64,000 nt of DNA from Syntrophorhabdaceae bacterium (GCA_963665295.1 OY762209.1:2528001-2592000), one strand, 5' to 3'. Shown: positions 1-9,063, counted from the first letter of the stretch. Numbers and translations: made by a program. Notes: generated from the letters alone by a model not told the origin.

Positions 1-205
1 AGCAATCCCGGAGCTGCTCCGCTTGGCCCCGCTGGCCCTTGCCGAACCTTTCAATGTATTTCCTGATCTCCTTCACGCAGTCCTCCGGTGTCCAATCAGA
101 CGCCTTGTCCGTCGGGGCGTCGCCGTATTGTGCGACGGTATATTCCTCCACATGTCTGTGCACGAGGGTTGCGAATTCAATCCAGTTGTCACCGCGTTCA
201 CTCAT
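1..205 (-). CDS. Phage hypothetical protein, partial (runs off the window; not in ORF track)
   Basis: Manual translation MSERGDNWIEFATLVHRHVEEYTVAQYGDAPTDKASDWTPEDCVKEIRKYIERFGKGQRG..., open to position 1, with AGGAGG upstream; continues the minus-strand operon. Confidence 0.65.
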   Translation of the reverse strand, partial: MSERGDNWIEFATLVHRHVEEYTVAQYGDAPTDKASDWTPEDCVKEIRKYIERFGKGQRGQAEQLRDC

Positions 206-224
206 CTTTCATTTCCTCCTTGAA

Positions 225-443
225 TTAATCCCGGACCATTTCCACTTCCATGGCACGGAGCAGGCCCATTGCCCTTTTTCTCTCGCGGGCCCACCACAGG
301 TCGTGACAGGTCCTGCCGTCATCCCGAGGCTCGTGACAGAACCTTGCCCACGGGCGACGCGGCCTGAACGGCTTCCCGCAGTAGTCACATTTGGCGCGGC
401 CTGCGTTCACCGGTAAGCCCGCCGGGGAAAGGGAGAGTCGCAA
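225..443 (-). CDS. Small putative Zn-finger phage protein
   Basis: CDYCGKPF...RFC...C pattern; overlaps the upstream ORF in the operon. Confidence 0.55.
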   Translation of the reverse strand: MRLSLSPAGLPVNAGRAKCDYCGKPFRPRRPWARFCHEPRDDGRTCHDLWWARERKRAMGLLRAMEVEMVRD

Positions 444-814
444 AGCACAATCCGAATGCGGCGGGCTCCTTCCTGGACAACACGCATCACATCCTCAAGA
501 AGGTCTTCAACGCGGAGAGTGATAAAAAGCCTGTCGCGTCTCCGAATGCCGGCGGGGATGCCCCATTCTTCCCGGGAGCCTTCCTGCCGGTTTATTGCCC
601 TTCGGTCGATGATGCGCATTTCGTCCAGCTCGACGAGGTCGTAGATCGTGCGGCCCGCGAAGATGATCCGCCGGCCGTCATGGTCCGTCCTGATAACGAG
701 AGCGCGCCCGGCCTTCGAGTCGGCAGCCACCACGTTTTTGAGCCTCTTCCCGGTGAGGATGTCCATAACCTCGAACCTGTTCGGGTCGGGGTGCTTTTCA
801 AAATCAATGACCAT
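407..814 (-). CDS. Phage hypothetical protein
   Basis: GGAGG RBS, overlaps its neighbours in the minus-strand operon. Confidence 0.6.
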   Translation of the reverse strand: MVIDFEKHPDPNRFEVMDILTGKRLKNVVAADSKAGRALVIRTDHDGRRIIFAGRTIYDLVELDEMRIIDRRAINRQEGSREEWGIPAGIRRRDRLFITLRVEDLLEDVMRVVQEGARRIRIVLCDSPFPRRAYR

Positions 815-1355
815 TCGATACCTCCTTGCCCGCCCAAAACACGAGGCTCCTTTGGATGTCGCGTATCTGGTCCGCCATGGTCATCAAGACCTCGTTAAAC
901 TGGGGACCTTCGTATCCCCCGGCTGAGCAGGCCTTTAAATACTGATCCTGAATTTCGTTGAGCTTCTCCGTGATCTTTTGGAGCTGGGAGGGTATTTCCG
1001 GAGGGGCGATTATCTTGAGGCCCAGAGGCAGTTCCCGGAGAAAGACAAGGGACTTGAGCCTTTCCATAGGGAGGTCTTCCAGGTCGAACGGCTGACCAAA
1101 GGCCCGAATCAGGGCTTTTTTCTTTTCCAGAAAGATGGCGGAATCGATCTCATCCTCCCGGGCGGGCCTGATGTCGACCAACCCGTGTTTGGATGTGTAG
1201 GCCCTGCCTTTGGGATCGAACCTGATGTTTTCTACTACGGCATAGCCCTTTTTCGTAACCATGTCGACCGGCAGTATCCCGAACGTGTGGGCGCCGCGAG
1301 CTTGCATGACGACCAACTGCCCTTCCTGCCATTTGTAACCGCCTGTTTTCATCAT
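804..1355 (-). CDS. Phage hypothetical protein
   Basis: GAGG RBS, ATGA overlap with 1352..1969. Confidence 0.65.
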   Translation of the reverse strand: MMKTGGYKWQEGQLVVMQARGAHTFGILPVDMVTKKGYAVVENIRFDPKGRAYTSKHGLVDIRPAREDEIDSAIFLEKKKALIRAFGQPFDLEDLPMERLKSLVFLRELPLGLKIIAPPEIPSQLQKITEKLNEIQDQYLKACSAGGYEGPQFNEVLMTMADQIRDIQRSLVFWAGKEVSNGH

Positions 1356-1969
1356 TCCTCCCTTTTCCGCTTCTTTACCTGCATGGCGTACACGCTGATC
1401 GAATCCTGTGTGCTGCCGCCGTAGAGGTCCTCACCTTCGCGCTTGCGGACGTTGCCCCGGACTTCTATCAGGTCTCCGACCTCTATTTCGTAGTAGGCTT
1501 CGAGGTCGAAGAGGACCAACTCGAAGCGCTCGTCCGTTTCCCGCTCTTTCGTGGACCGTATGACTTCGAGGACTATCCGGCCCTCTCCATCGACCAGCTC
1601 CTTTTGGTCGAGTTCGCCGACGAGGATGAAGGCTGCCCGGGGGCCGCCCTTCGGCGAGGAGTCAAGGCGCTCGAAATCGTAGAAGAAATACGAGCTGTAC
1701 CGGATATTGTTTTCGCCGTCCGAATACTGCCCGTAATATCCTTTGAAACGGAAAAAATCCTTTTCGTGGCCCTTGAGGGCGCTCTTGAAGGCCTGGATCT
1801 TTTCCTTGCCCCAGAGACGACCGAAGGCCCTTACCGGACCGAAGTCGTGATTGGAGCAGTTTATCTCCAGGTCGAGAAAGGGGGTCTTCTTGTCCCTCGT
1901 GTGGCCGTCTTCTGCCTTCGTTACCCGGCCCCATACGTTTCCCTGGTTGTAGTGTTTGCCGCCGCTCAT
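1352..1969 (-). CDS. Putative tandem OB-fold / SSB-like protein
   Basis: Two beta-rich halves (VWGRV...RLWG...FKG and LVGEL...VGDLIEVRG) resemble OB folds; ATGA-coupled to neighbours. Confidence 0.5.
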   Translation of the reverse strand: MSGGKHYNQGNVWGRVTKAEDGHTRDKKTPFLDLEINCSNHDFGPVRAFGRLWGKEKIQAFKSALKGHEKDFFRFKGYYGQYSDGENNIRYSSYFFYDFERLDSSPKGGPRAAFILVGELDQKELVDGEGRIVLEVIRSTKERETDERFELVLFDLEAYYEIEVGDLIEVRGNVRKREGEDLYGGSTQDSISVYAMQVKKRKREE

Positions 1970-2271
1970 GCGGTCTCCTTTCTTCGCTCGTTAAGCCGCG
2001 CCGCGGCCCTTTCGACGAATCTTTTTATGTTTGTTTCCGCTGCCTTCATTTTTGCGGAGGCCTCTTCCATGCCGGTGACGTGACGGGCGAAGAAGGCCGC
2101 TTCCATTACGGCTGCTTGCTCCCAAATAGCGCGGAGATAGGAGGGGAGCCTCTCGGCGACCTGGGACCAGTCGATGGAGAGGGCGCGGGACGTCGTCATC
2201 AGCCACCGGGCAAGGGTGGGGAAACGCTCGTACAATGGGTCCCTCGTGCAATCTTCCGCAGCTTCTTCCAT
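1966..2271 (-). CDS. Phage hypothetical protein (start re-called at MEEAAED)
   Basis: GGAGGA RBS 7 nt before ATG 2271; stop overlaps the next start. Confidence 0.55.
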   Translation of the reverse strand: MEEAAEDCTRDPLYERFPTLARWLMTTSRALSIDWSQVAERLPSYLRAIWEQAAVMEAAFFARHVTGMEEASAKMKAAETNIKRFVERAAARLNERRKETA

Positions 2272-2273
2272 CG

Positions 2274-2588
2274 TTATATCCTCCGTTGTAAGGCTTGCAG
2301 TGGTCCGGCGGCGGGGCAGGGAGATACCGGACGGGTTGACCTCCGGGCCTTTCGGGGGATGGAGATTCCCCGCCTGGAGGCTTCCATTTCGAGGCGGACT
2401 ATCCAGAGGAGGACGAACCACTCGTCCGGGGATTTCCGGGCCTGTATTTCGAGGCCTCGGACGGCGTTTATGATCTGCCTGGCCGTCATGCGGGAAAGCT
2501 CGATCCAGCGCCCACGGGCTGTCTTCCACCAGTATCCGAAAAGGCCTTCAACGAGTTGGGCGCGTCCTTTTGATGAGCCTCCCGGCAT
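2274..2588 (-). CDS. Phage hypothetical protein (start re-called at MPGGSSK)
   Basis: TAATG overlap with the stop of 2588..3544. Confidence 0.5.
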   Translation of the reverse strand: MPGGSSKGRAQLVEGLFGYWWKTARGRWIELSRMTARQIINAVRGLEIQARKSPDEWFVLLWIVRLEMEASRRGISIPRKARRSTRPVSPCPAAGPLQALQRRI

Positions 2589-3544
2589 TAGATAGCCCCC
2601 TTCTGGAAATCGGACTGCATCCGGCTCCAGGCTTCTTTGACCTCGTGCACTTCCATGGGAATGCAGAGATACTTCCATACCCCGTCGAGAATGATCATCA
2701 TGAGATCGATGAACGGCATGGGGGGCCGACCTCTGAGAATGGGGAGGACGGCAACGGCTATTACCTCAAGAATCGATGTGAGGATGATAGTTCTTGCCCC
2801 CAGGGCTCGCTTCAGCGCGAAGGCCTCATTGAAATCGTTTCGCTTGAATCGATGAAAAAGATGCAAAATAAGGGACCTGCGCGTGAGCGATGAGTGGGCG
2901 TAAGGTTCAGAACTGGTAAACAAGATCATGCCTTTCGGCGTAATCTCCTCCACGGCAGGCGACGGACCGGTTTCTTTCCCCATGGAACCCTCGGTCGCCA
3001 ACATCAAAGGCTTGGCCATCCTGAAACCGTCGAAGCCCAGCAGCGGAGTTTTCTCAAAGTCGCAAGAAATTAGTGAGGACGGAGCCAAGTAACTGTTCCC
3101 CGTCACAAGGGAGTTTATGATGCGAGCGGAAACAGTCTTTCCCGAGCCGATAGAACCTGATATGCAGAACAATGGCCGAGACAAGGCAAAATCGGCGAGG
3201 AAAATGGCGATCAGCCACGATATTACAAAGTAGATATCCGGCGGGGAACACGGAAGTGATTCCTGAAGAATCTCTTCCAGGAGAGCCATGCCTTCTTCCA
3301 TCGGGACGCTGTCATCAGGGTCCACGGGGGAGAAACGCACCGGCTGCCAGAGGAGGATACCTTCCTCATTGTAACCATTCGCCATGGGCCACACCCTAGA
3401 CTTTGTGCGTCGTCCGGTGTCGAGAGGGCCAATTCTGAAAATGTGCCGGTTGCGACTATTGACATTCACATAAACGACGCCCTTGCGGGTGTCCGTGTGA
3501 ATCCAGGAGGGTATCACCGTCATATCCGTTGGAGACCCCTTCAT
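2588..3544 (-). CDS. P-loop NTPase-like protein resembling the ATPase region of phage primase/replication proteins
   Basis: Walker A GSIGSGKT preceded by the hydrophobic strand RPLFCIS; ATGA overlap with the recombinase gene. Confidence 0.55.
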   Translation of the reverse strand: MKGSPTDMTVIPSWIHTDTRKGVVYVNVNSRNRHIFRIGPLDTGRRTKSRVWPMANGYNEEGILLWQPVRFSPVDPDDSVPMEEGMALLEEILQESLPCSPPDIYFVISWLIAIFLADFALSRPLFCISGSIGSGKTVSARIINSLVTGNSYLAPSSLISCDFEKTPLLGFDGFRMAKPLMLATEGSMGKETGPSPAVEEITPKGMILFTSSEPYAHSSLTRRSLILHLFHRFKRNDFNEAFALKRALGARTIILTSILEVIAVAVLPILRGRPPMPFIDLMMIILDGVWKYLCIPMEVHEVKEAWSRMQSDFQKGAI

Positions 3545-4275
3545 ATCTCGCCCACCCTTTGCATCTCTTCTTTCGTCGGACCCGTATAGACCACCGTGGA
3601 GTTGATCGATTTGTGACGGAGCTGACGCTGGGCGAGGAGAAGCGCCTTGTGGCGTTCCGTGTCGTCCAGGTGCTTCCTGTCGTTCATTATCCTTTGGCCT
3701 TTAGTGTGTCTCAGGGCGTGGGGAGTGTAGCGGGGGATACCGGACCGGGTGGTCCAGTAATCCATTAGATCGTTAAAGGAGCGGAGGGATAGCCTCCCGC
3801 CTTTCTTCGAAATGAACAGCGGAGAATCATCTTCAAGACCCTCCCGCCACTGTCGTTTGAGACGAAGAAAGTGCTTGAGTATGTCCTGCAGCTCGACGGG
3901 CAGGTAGACTTCCCCTACCGCCCCCTTTTCTGCGATCCGTTCGTCAACTATTATTTTGTCCTTCCCCATTACGTCGCCCACGTCGAGGGCGAGGACCTCA
4001 CCCCGGCGGAGTCCCGTGGACCGGCAGAGCTTCAAGAGCACGTAGTCGCGCTCCGCCTGTTTCCCTTTGGTGCCCTTGAGACAGTTAAAGAGGGTCTTCT
4101 CTTCCTGCACGGTGAGATAATTCGTCCCGGCCCGGCTCCGGCCCTGCTTCCTTTCGGGAGCCATTGCGGCGTCCAGGACAAAAACCTTGGGCGCGAGGGA
4201 GTGGAGAAGGACAGTCCAGGCGACGAGAGTTGCAGCCTGACTGGTAGGTGGGGCTTGTCTTGTTTCCGTGATCAT
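3541..4275 (-). CDS. Small tyrosine recombinase (catalytic domain only)
   Basis: TGLRRGE (R), EKG (K), HALRH (HxxR), LRH, VVYT (Y); GGAGG RBS before ATG 4275. Confidence 0.85.
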   Translation of the reverse strand: MITETRQAPPTSQAATLVAWTVLLHSLAPKVFVLDAAMAPERKQGRSRAGTNYLTVQEEKTLFNCLKGTKGKQAERDYVLLKLCRSTGLRRGEVLALDVGDVMGKDKIIVDERIAEKGAVGEVYLPVELQDILKHFLRLKRQWREGLEDDSPLFISKKGGRLSLRSFNDLMDYWTTRSGIPRYTPHALRHTKGQRIMNDRKHLDDTERHKALLLAQRQLRHKSINSTVVYTGPTKEEMQRVGEI

Positions 4276-4377
4276 GATTGCCTCCGTATCATTGGTTTAG
4301 CCTCGTTTTAGGGGAGGGGAGGAAGGCCGAGGCTGGGCTCTTCGGGGCGCACACCCTATCCTCCCCCGGGGGTTACA

Positions 4378-4695
4378 TTAGTGTTTTGCGGCGAGCCATC
4401 CGCCCATGGGAGCGGAGGCGTCCTTGACGGCTCTCGCGTGAATCTCGCGGGACTCGCCCTTGAATTCAAGGCGGGCCTCGTGGGACGACACGGGGACGAA
4501 TCGTATTTCCAGGGGGGCGATGTAGAACGGTTCGCCCTCCGGCATCTTTTCGCTGATGGTCCTGGCAATCTGGGTACCCGCGATTTGCCGGCCCTGCTCG
4601 AACTTGGACAGGTAATCCGAGTCGTGGCCCACGGCGAACCCCGAGGCGAAGGCGGCGGGAATGATGAGAAGAAGAAGAAGTAGGCGCGTTTTCAT
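4378..4695 (-). CDS. Exported or membrane-anchored phage hypothetical protein
   Basis: MKTRLLLLLLIIPAAFA signal-peptide-like N-terminus; GGGAGG RBS. Confidence 0.65.
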   Translation of the reverse strand: MKTRLLLLLLIIPAAFASGFAVGHDSDYLSKFEQGRQIAGTQIARTISEKMPEGEPFYIAPLEIRFVPVSSHEARLEFKGESREIHARAVKDASAPMGGWLAAKH

Positions 4696-4790
4696 GATTG
4701 CGGCCTCCCTGCCAGAAGGAGGAACAGGAAGAAGACTACAAAGGGTGCGAGCGCGAAAACTGCGGGTGCGACAATCTCAATCACTATCAT
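4692..4790 (-). CDS. 32-aa single-TM peptide (not in ORF track)
   Basis: MIVIEIVAPAVFALAPFVVFFLFLLLAGRPQS*; ATGA overlaps at both ends exactly fill the gap between its neighbours. Confidence 0.65.
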   Translation of the reverse strand: MIVIEIVAPAVFALAPFVVFFLFLLLAGRPQS

Positions 4791-5146
4791 CGTTTGCCTC
4801 CGGCGTTTCCGGCCCCTGGGCGGGGCTCGTATTTTTTCAGGTAGTCCTGAATTGCTTTAAAATTACCTCGCCGGGCCTCGATGATGGCATCAGTGTACCG
4901 GGCCGGGTCGTAAGGCTTGAGGCTAAGAGCGCCCTTGTCGCGGGCTCCGGAGCGCGGGCCGGGGACGGGAGAGGGACCGAAGAGAGCCCCGTAAATCTCC
5001 CGGACCATCATCTCGATGTTGGCGAGACGTAGACCGAGGTCTTCGCCTTTGGGCAAATGTCCGAGGGCGGCTGAAGGGGGGGCGCCGCCCTCGGGTGCGA
5101 GGTGAAGCGGTGCAACAACAGGTTGCGCGGAGGATTCTCCTTTCAT
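4787..5146 (-). CDS. Phage hypothetical protein
   Basis: TGATG overlap with the CII-like gene. Confidence 0.55.
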   Translation of the reverse strand: MKGESSAQPVVAPLHLAPEGGAPPSAALGHLPKGEDLGLRLANIEMMVREIYGALFGPSPVPGPRSGARDKGALSLKPYDPARYTDAIIEARRGNFKAIQDYLKKYEPRPGAGNAGGKR

Positions 5147-5652
5147 CAGGCTACATCCTCCCTTCGTTTCTTTCGTGTGAAAAGGCTGAACTTACGGCGC
5201 GTGGCGTCCTTGGCCTTCTTCATGAAAGCCGAGACGCGCCTGATCAGGTGGTTCCCCTCTTCCTCGATCTTCGCTACGTGCCGGCGGGTGATCTCCCGCT
5301 CGGCGAGGGCCTCGGAGGCCACGGTTGTCAGGTGGCCCATCTCGCGGATGGTCGCCACGAGTTCGAGGGAAAGGTCGTCGATAGTTTCGGCTTCGTCGGG
5401 GGGAGCATTCACCCCGAACCTGACATTGAGATAATAGATCGGGGAGAGGGCCGCGTCCCGATCGATACCAAGATCGAGAGCGGTCTGAATAATTGTCTCG
5501 ATCCGGTCAAGCGGGTTATACGCGCCGCTATCACTGGGATCAGCGGAGGGCTCCTGCCATTTGTTAAGCAGGCCCGTGGAAAGACCCAAACGACGGGCAT
5601 GTTCCACTGTTTTTCCCGCGATCGACCGTTTCAGGGACTCATAAGATTGCAT
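5146..5652 (-). CDS. Phage regulatory protein, CII-like
   Basis: N-terminal HTH-like segment (ARRLGLSTGLLNKWQ) followed by NPLDRI and a helical C-terminus; first gene divergent from the repressor; GGGGAGG RBS. Confidence 0.6.
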   Translation of the reverse strand: MQSYESLKRSIAGKTVEHARRLGLSTGLLNKWQEPSADPSDSGAYNPLDRIETIIQTALDLGIDRDAALSPIYYLNVRFGVNAPPDEAETIDDLSLELVATIREMGHLTTVASEALAEREITRRHVAKIEEEGNHLIRRVSAFMKKAKDATRRKFSLFTRKKRREDVA

Positions 5653-5937
5653 TATAATCCCTCCCCGAATCTATAATTTTCATTGAAGCGAAGAAGAGTT
5701 AAATTCATATATGAAAAAAGGAATTGACAAAAGTGCGGTAACGGGTAAAAATTTAGGCCAGAGACATCGAGTTGTGAGCACGATGACCATAGGCGCTGTT
5801 TTTGCGTCGATGGGTGTCCCTGGCCTGTTTTTCGGAATAGGTTGGTTGATGCTGCGTTAGGACGGATATGGTTCATCGGGCTCACAAATAGATAATATTG
5901 CATTAATGATAAATCTGTCAACACTAATTTTGCGTTT
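5653..5937. promoter_or_regulatory. AT-rich divergent immunity-switch region with face-to-face sigma70-like promoters
   Basis: TTGACA at 5724-5729 (+) and TTGACA-N18-TATTAT on the minus strand with its -35 at ~5916-5921. Confidence 0.45.
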
Positions 5938-6471
5938 ATGAAAAAAAAAGTTATTAACCAGAAATTCGGCGAGAAGCTGAAATCACTCAGAGGCAAAAAG
6001 AAACAATACCAGCTTGCTCCAACGGTGGGCTGTAGCGCGTCCCAGTGGGGAAGATATGAGCAGGGGGTGGTCCCGCCCTATGATATTCTGGTGAGGATCG
6101 CGAAACTATTTGGTGTGACCGTGGAGGAACTTATCGCGGAAGAAGGGGGACAGGGCGGGGACGTCTTATCCGACGGACCGAAGCACACGCAGCTGAGAAT
6201 ACGGCACACCCTGAACGAGAGGCTGGCGGAATATGTCACTCCTCGGGAAGGACCGATCGACGAGACCTTAACCTCCAGCGAGAAAGAAGCGGTGGCAATG
6301 GCCCTTTTCGTGCTACGCGGGACATGGGAGGGGGAATATGAAAAATCCCTGACCCAAAATATCAAGTCATTCTACCGGGCGGCCAAGAAGGAGGCCGAAG
6401 AGAAAGCCGTGAACGATTTGAAGATGGATAGACCCATTCACCGGTCGGGGGGCGGGAAGAAAGAGGGATGA
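5938..6471 (+). CDS. XRE/CI-like HTH repressor
   Basis: FGEKLKSLRG...QYQLA...SQWGRYEQG...P...LVRIAKLFGVTVEELI is an HTH_3 pattern. Confidence 0.85.
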   Translation: MKKKVINQKFGEKLKSLRGKKKQYQLAPTVGCSASQWGRYEQGVVPPYDILVRIAKLFGVTVEELIAEEGGQGGDVLSDGPKHTQLRIRHTLNERLAEYVTPREGPIDETLTSSEKEAVAMALFVLRGTWEGEYEKSLTQNIKSFYRAAKKEAEEKAVNDLKMDRPIHRSGGGKKEG

Positions 6472-6710
6472 CGGTGATCGAGGGGGGCGGACGTGGTGAT
6501 GGAGAAGACGGGTACTGGGTGGAGATGCCGGACGGAGAAGTCGTGGCATACAAAAGGGCACGGCAATACCGGGATGCCTGCATCAATGATCTGTCTCTCG
6601 TGATAATGGAACCGCGACGGGTCTATGCGCTGAGCGACCTGCTGGAATGGATCACCCTGGAGGATAAACGGCGGGGTTGTGAAGGGGGAATGAGTGAAAG
6701 AAGTGAGTGA
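6468..6710 (+). CDS. Hypothetical protein
   Basis: ATGA overlap with the repressor stop. Confidence 0.5.
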   Translation: MTVIEGGGRGDGEDGYWVEMPDGEVVAYKRARQYRDACINDLSLVIMEPRRVYALSDLLEWITLEDKRRGCEGGMSERSE

Positions 6711-7011
6711 TGATGAAGCGAAAAAAATCAAGGCGGGATGGGAAGAAAAGGATCAGGTCGATGCAGGGTCGGCAATCGCTGCCGCCAGAGCTGGATCCCG
6801 CACGACGGCGACGGTCAAACGAGGTCTTACCCTAGCCGTCACCGGAAGTATTTTGTGCCTCGTCGGCGCCGGAGAGTGTACTCAGGTATTTTCCTCCCGC
6901 GGCTCCGACGGTCTCGTGGGAAGCCTTTTTCTCGCAATTATCTTCCTCGGCATAGGCATACCGTTAACAGTAAAGGGTCTCGATCGCGTAATTACGCGGG
7001 ACCGGGGATGA
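6694..7011 (+). CDS. Two-TM membrane protein
   Basis: Two hydrophobic segments (GLTLAVTGSILCLVGAG; GLVGSLFLAIIFLGIGIPLTV). Confidence 0.6.
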   Translation: MKEVSDDEAKKIKAGWEEKDQVDAGSAIAAARAGSRTTATVKRGLTLAVTGSILCLVGAGECTQVFSSRGSDGLVGSLFLAIIFLGIGIPLTVKGLDRVITRDRG

Positions 7012-7015
7012 GTCG

Positions 7016-7642
7016 ATGAAAACGCGATGGATCGCCGCACTCGCTCTCTTTGCCATTCTCCTTATTCACGGCTTGGCCGGGGCGGAGCGTACCGAGACCG
7101 CTGTCGTCATGCGCGTTACCGATGGGGACACACTCAGGGTGATGATCGGTGACAGGGCGGAGAGTGTCCGGCTCATCGGGATCGACACGCCGGAATCGCG
7201 ACTCAACCGCAAGGCGAAAAAGGACGCGGAAAGATCGGGAGAAGATATCGACGCCATCATCGCCATGGGCAAGCGGTCCACGGAGTTTGTAAAAACTCTC
7301 ATCCGGAAGGGGGATGAGGTAGACCTGGAGTTTGATGTCCAGACGCGCAACCATTACCACCGGTTGCTCGCCTACGTCTACCTCAAGGATGGGACCGGGA
7401 GGATGCTCAACGAGGAAATCGTGCGGGCAGGCTACGGGTCGCCGATGACCATCCCGCCGAACGTAAAATACCGGGACAGATTCGGCGAGGCGTACCGCGA
7501 GGCCCGAGAAGCGAGGCGTGGCTTGTGGTCGGACGCTAACGACCGTGCGTCTTGCGTAACACGCATAACCGAAGCGGGCAAGACCGCTTTTCTAGCCGTC
7601 GTCCCGGAGCCCCGCGGCCTGTGGTCTCTCGAGGAGGACTGA
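7016..7642 (+). CDS. Secreted thermonuclease (SNase-like)
   Basis: Signal peptide, then VTDGDTL, VRLIGIDTPE, RLLAYVYL, MLNEEIVRAG and REARRGLW motifs. Confidence 0.9.
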   Translation: MKTRWIAALALFAILLIHGLAGAERTETAVVMRVTDGDTLRVMIGDRAESVRLIGIDTPESRLNRKAKKDAERSGEDIDAIIAMGKRSTEFVKTLIRKGDEVDLEFDVQTRNHYHRLLAYVYLKDGTGRMLNEEIVRAGYGSPMTIPPNVKYRDRFGEAYREAREARRGLWSDANDRASCVTRITEAGKTAFLAVVPEPRGLWSLEED

Positions 7643-7643
7643 C

Positions 7644-8834
7644 ATGTCGGTCAAATGGGACAAAAAACGGGAAAGGTTTATTTTGGACTATTACCCGAAA
7701 GGGGGCAAGGGTATACGAAAGAGGCTGACCCTTCCCGCCGTCGTGAGGGACCCTGCGGTTGCCGAGGCGATAGAATATGACCTCCGGCATCCATACGAAC
7801 ACTCCGAACTGCGCGCCGACAGCAAATCGACGGTGAATGACTTGTTTCCCGACTACCTGGTATATTATAAGGACCATCATTCTATCACCACCCACGACAA
7901 CATGCTCTGGACGTTCGGCAAGTATTTCGGTCCCATCCTCGGAGAAATACGGGCCACCGAATTAAACAAAGGGCACCTCTCGATGTACAAACGGATCAGG
8001 AAGGAGGGAAAGGTAAAGAACAGAACCGTGAATAAGGAAATGACCTATTTCATGGGGTTCGTCAATTGGTGCAGGAAAGAGCAGCAACTCCTCATGAACG
8101 ATTTCAAATATGAGCGCATGAAGGAAACAAAGCCGGAACACGTCATTCTCTCCATCGATGAAGCTATACGGTTCATCCTGTCCTCGGACCCCTACTACCG
8201 CGTATTTTTCCTCACCCTGTATTCTCTTGGACTGCGCTTTGCGGAGGCGACCGGGCTTAACTGGGAGGACCTTGACCCCGCGAATAAAAGGATTATCGCG
8301 AGAGGGAAGGGGGGCAAGGAAAGGGTGCTGCCCGTCTCGGACTGGCTTCTCTATGCTCTGAACTCAGCCAAGCCCAAGGACAAGAAGGCGGAAGGGTTGA
8401 TTTTCCGGAGCCGAATAACGGGAAGCAAGCTCGTCAACGTGCAAAAAGCCATTAACCGGGCCTGCAAAAGGGCCGGGATAGAAAAACATGTGCATCCTCA
8501 CCTTCTTCGGCACACGCTCGCCACCCATTTTATGGCCATGAAGATCAATATTAAAATCGTGCAGGAATGGCTCGGCCATTCCCGGGAGGATACGACTGCA
8601 AATATGTACATGCACGCGGAGATGGAACACCTGAGGACCGCCATGGATGCGCTGAATGTCCATCTCGATGAGCAATTCACCAAACAGACCTTCGATAAGC
8701 CGGAGACCCCGGTGAAGCGGAAATATACAGTATCAGAAAAGGTTCTGGAAGCCCGCCGCAAAGCGGCCCCTCTAGCAAGAGCGGCGAAATCAGCAAAAGT
8801 TACGTCTATTCCAACTGAAGGGAAAAAGGCCTAA
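7644..8834 (+). CDS. int: Phage tyrosine integrase
   Basis: LGLRFAEA, GKGGKER, HPHLLRH, WLGH and NMYMH motifs; N-terminal arm/core-binding region; adjacent to the tRNA fragment. Confidence 0.92.
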   Translation: MSVKWDKKRERFILDYYPKGGKGIRKRLTLPAVVRDPAVAEAIEYDLRHPYEHSELRADSKSTVNDLFPDYLVYYKDHHSITTHDNMLWTFGKYFGPILGEIRATELNKGHLSMYKRIRKEGKVKNRTVNKEMTYFMGFVNWCRKEQQLLMNDFKYERMKETKPEHVILSIDEAIRFILSSDPYYRVFFLTLYSLGLRFAEATGLNWEDLDPANKRIIARGKGGKERVLPVSDWLLYALNSAKPKDKKAEGLIFRSRITGSKLVNVQKAINRACKRAGIEKHVHPHLLRHTLATHFMAMKINIKIVQEWLGHSREDTTANMYMHAEMEHLRTAMDALNVHLDEQFTKQTFDKPETPVKRKYTVSEKVLEARRKAAPLARAAKSAKVTSIPTEGKKA

Positions 8835-8887
8835 TGTGACTGGTTCATCAGCCGTAAACACTTGTAAAATATAGCTCGGCTATAATA

Positions 8888-8932
8888 CTCCGAAGCCAAA
8901 GGTCGTGCGTTCAAATCGCACCGGGCGCGCCA
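8888..8932 (+). other. att core: duplicated 3' half of tRNA-Arg(CCG)
   Basis: CT-CCG-AA anticodon loop, GTGCG-TTCAAAT-CGCAC T-arm and CGGGCGC-G-CCA end; no matching 5' acceptor or D arm upstream. Confidence 0.85.
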
Positions 8933-9063
8933 TTAAAACAACAGCTTAGAACCGTTTTCACAAGCCCCGTAATTCTTCCTTGCTGTCCTGTAGCTACCCA
9001 ACCCGGTAAAAGACCTTTGTCAGGGCCACGAAATGTGAACAGACGAGCTCGGAATCCGGCCGC

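Larger units (their letters stand above)
1..8932. mobile_element. Right arm of a prophage/integrative element inserted at tRNA-Arg(CCG); left end lies outside the window
   Basis: Divergent HTH repressor and CII-like gene, a tightly overlapping operon of small genes, and a tyrosine integrase ending ~55 bp before a 3' tRNA fragment. No structural genes in the window. Confidence 0.85.

Noticed and set aside
5652..5996. 114-aa minus-strand ORF as a cro gene
   Set aside because: No HTH pattern, overlaps the repressor start, and spans the AT-rich promoter region.
8860..8932. Intact tRNA-Arg gene
   Set aside because: Only the anticodon loop to CCA is present; upstream sequence cannot form the acceptor or D stems, so it is treated as an att duplication.
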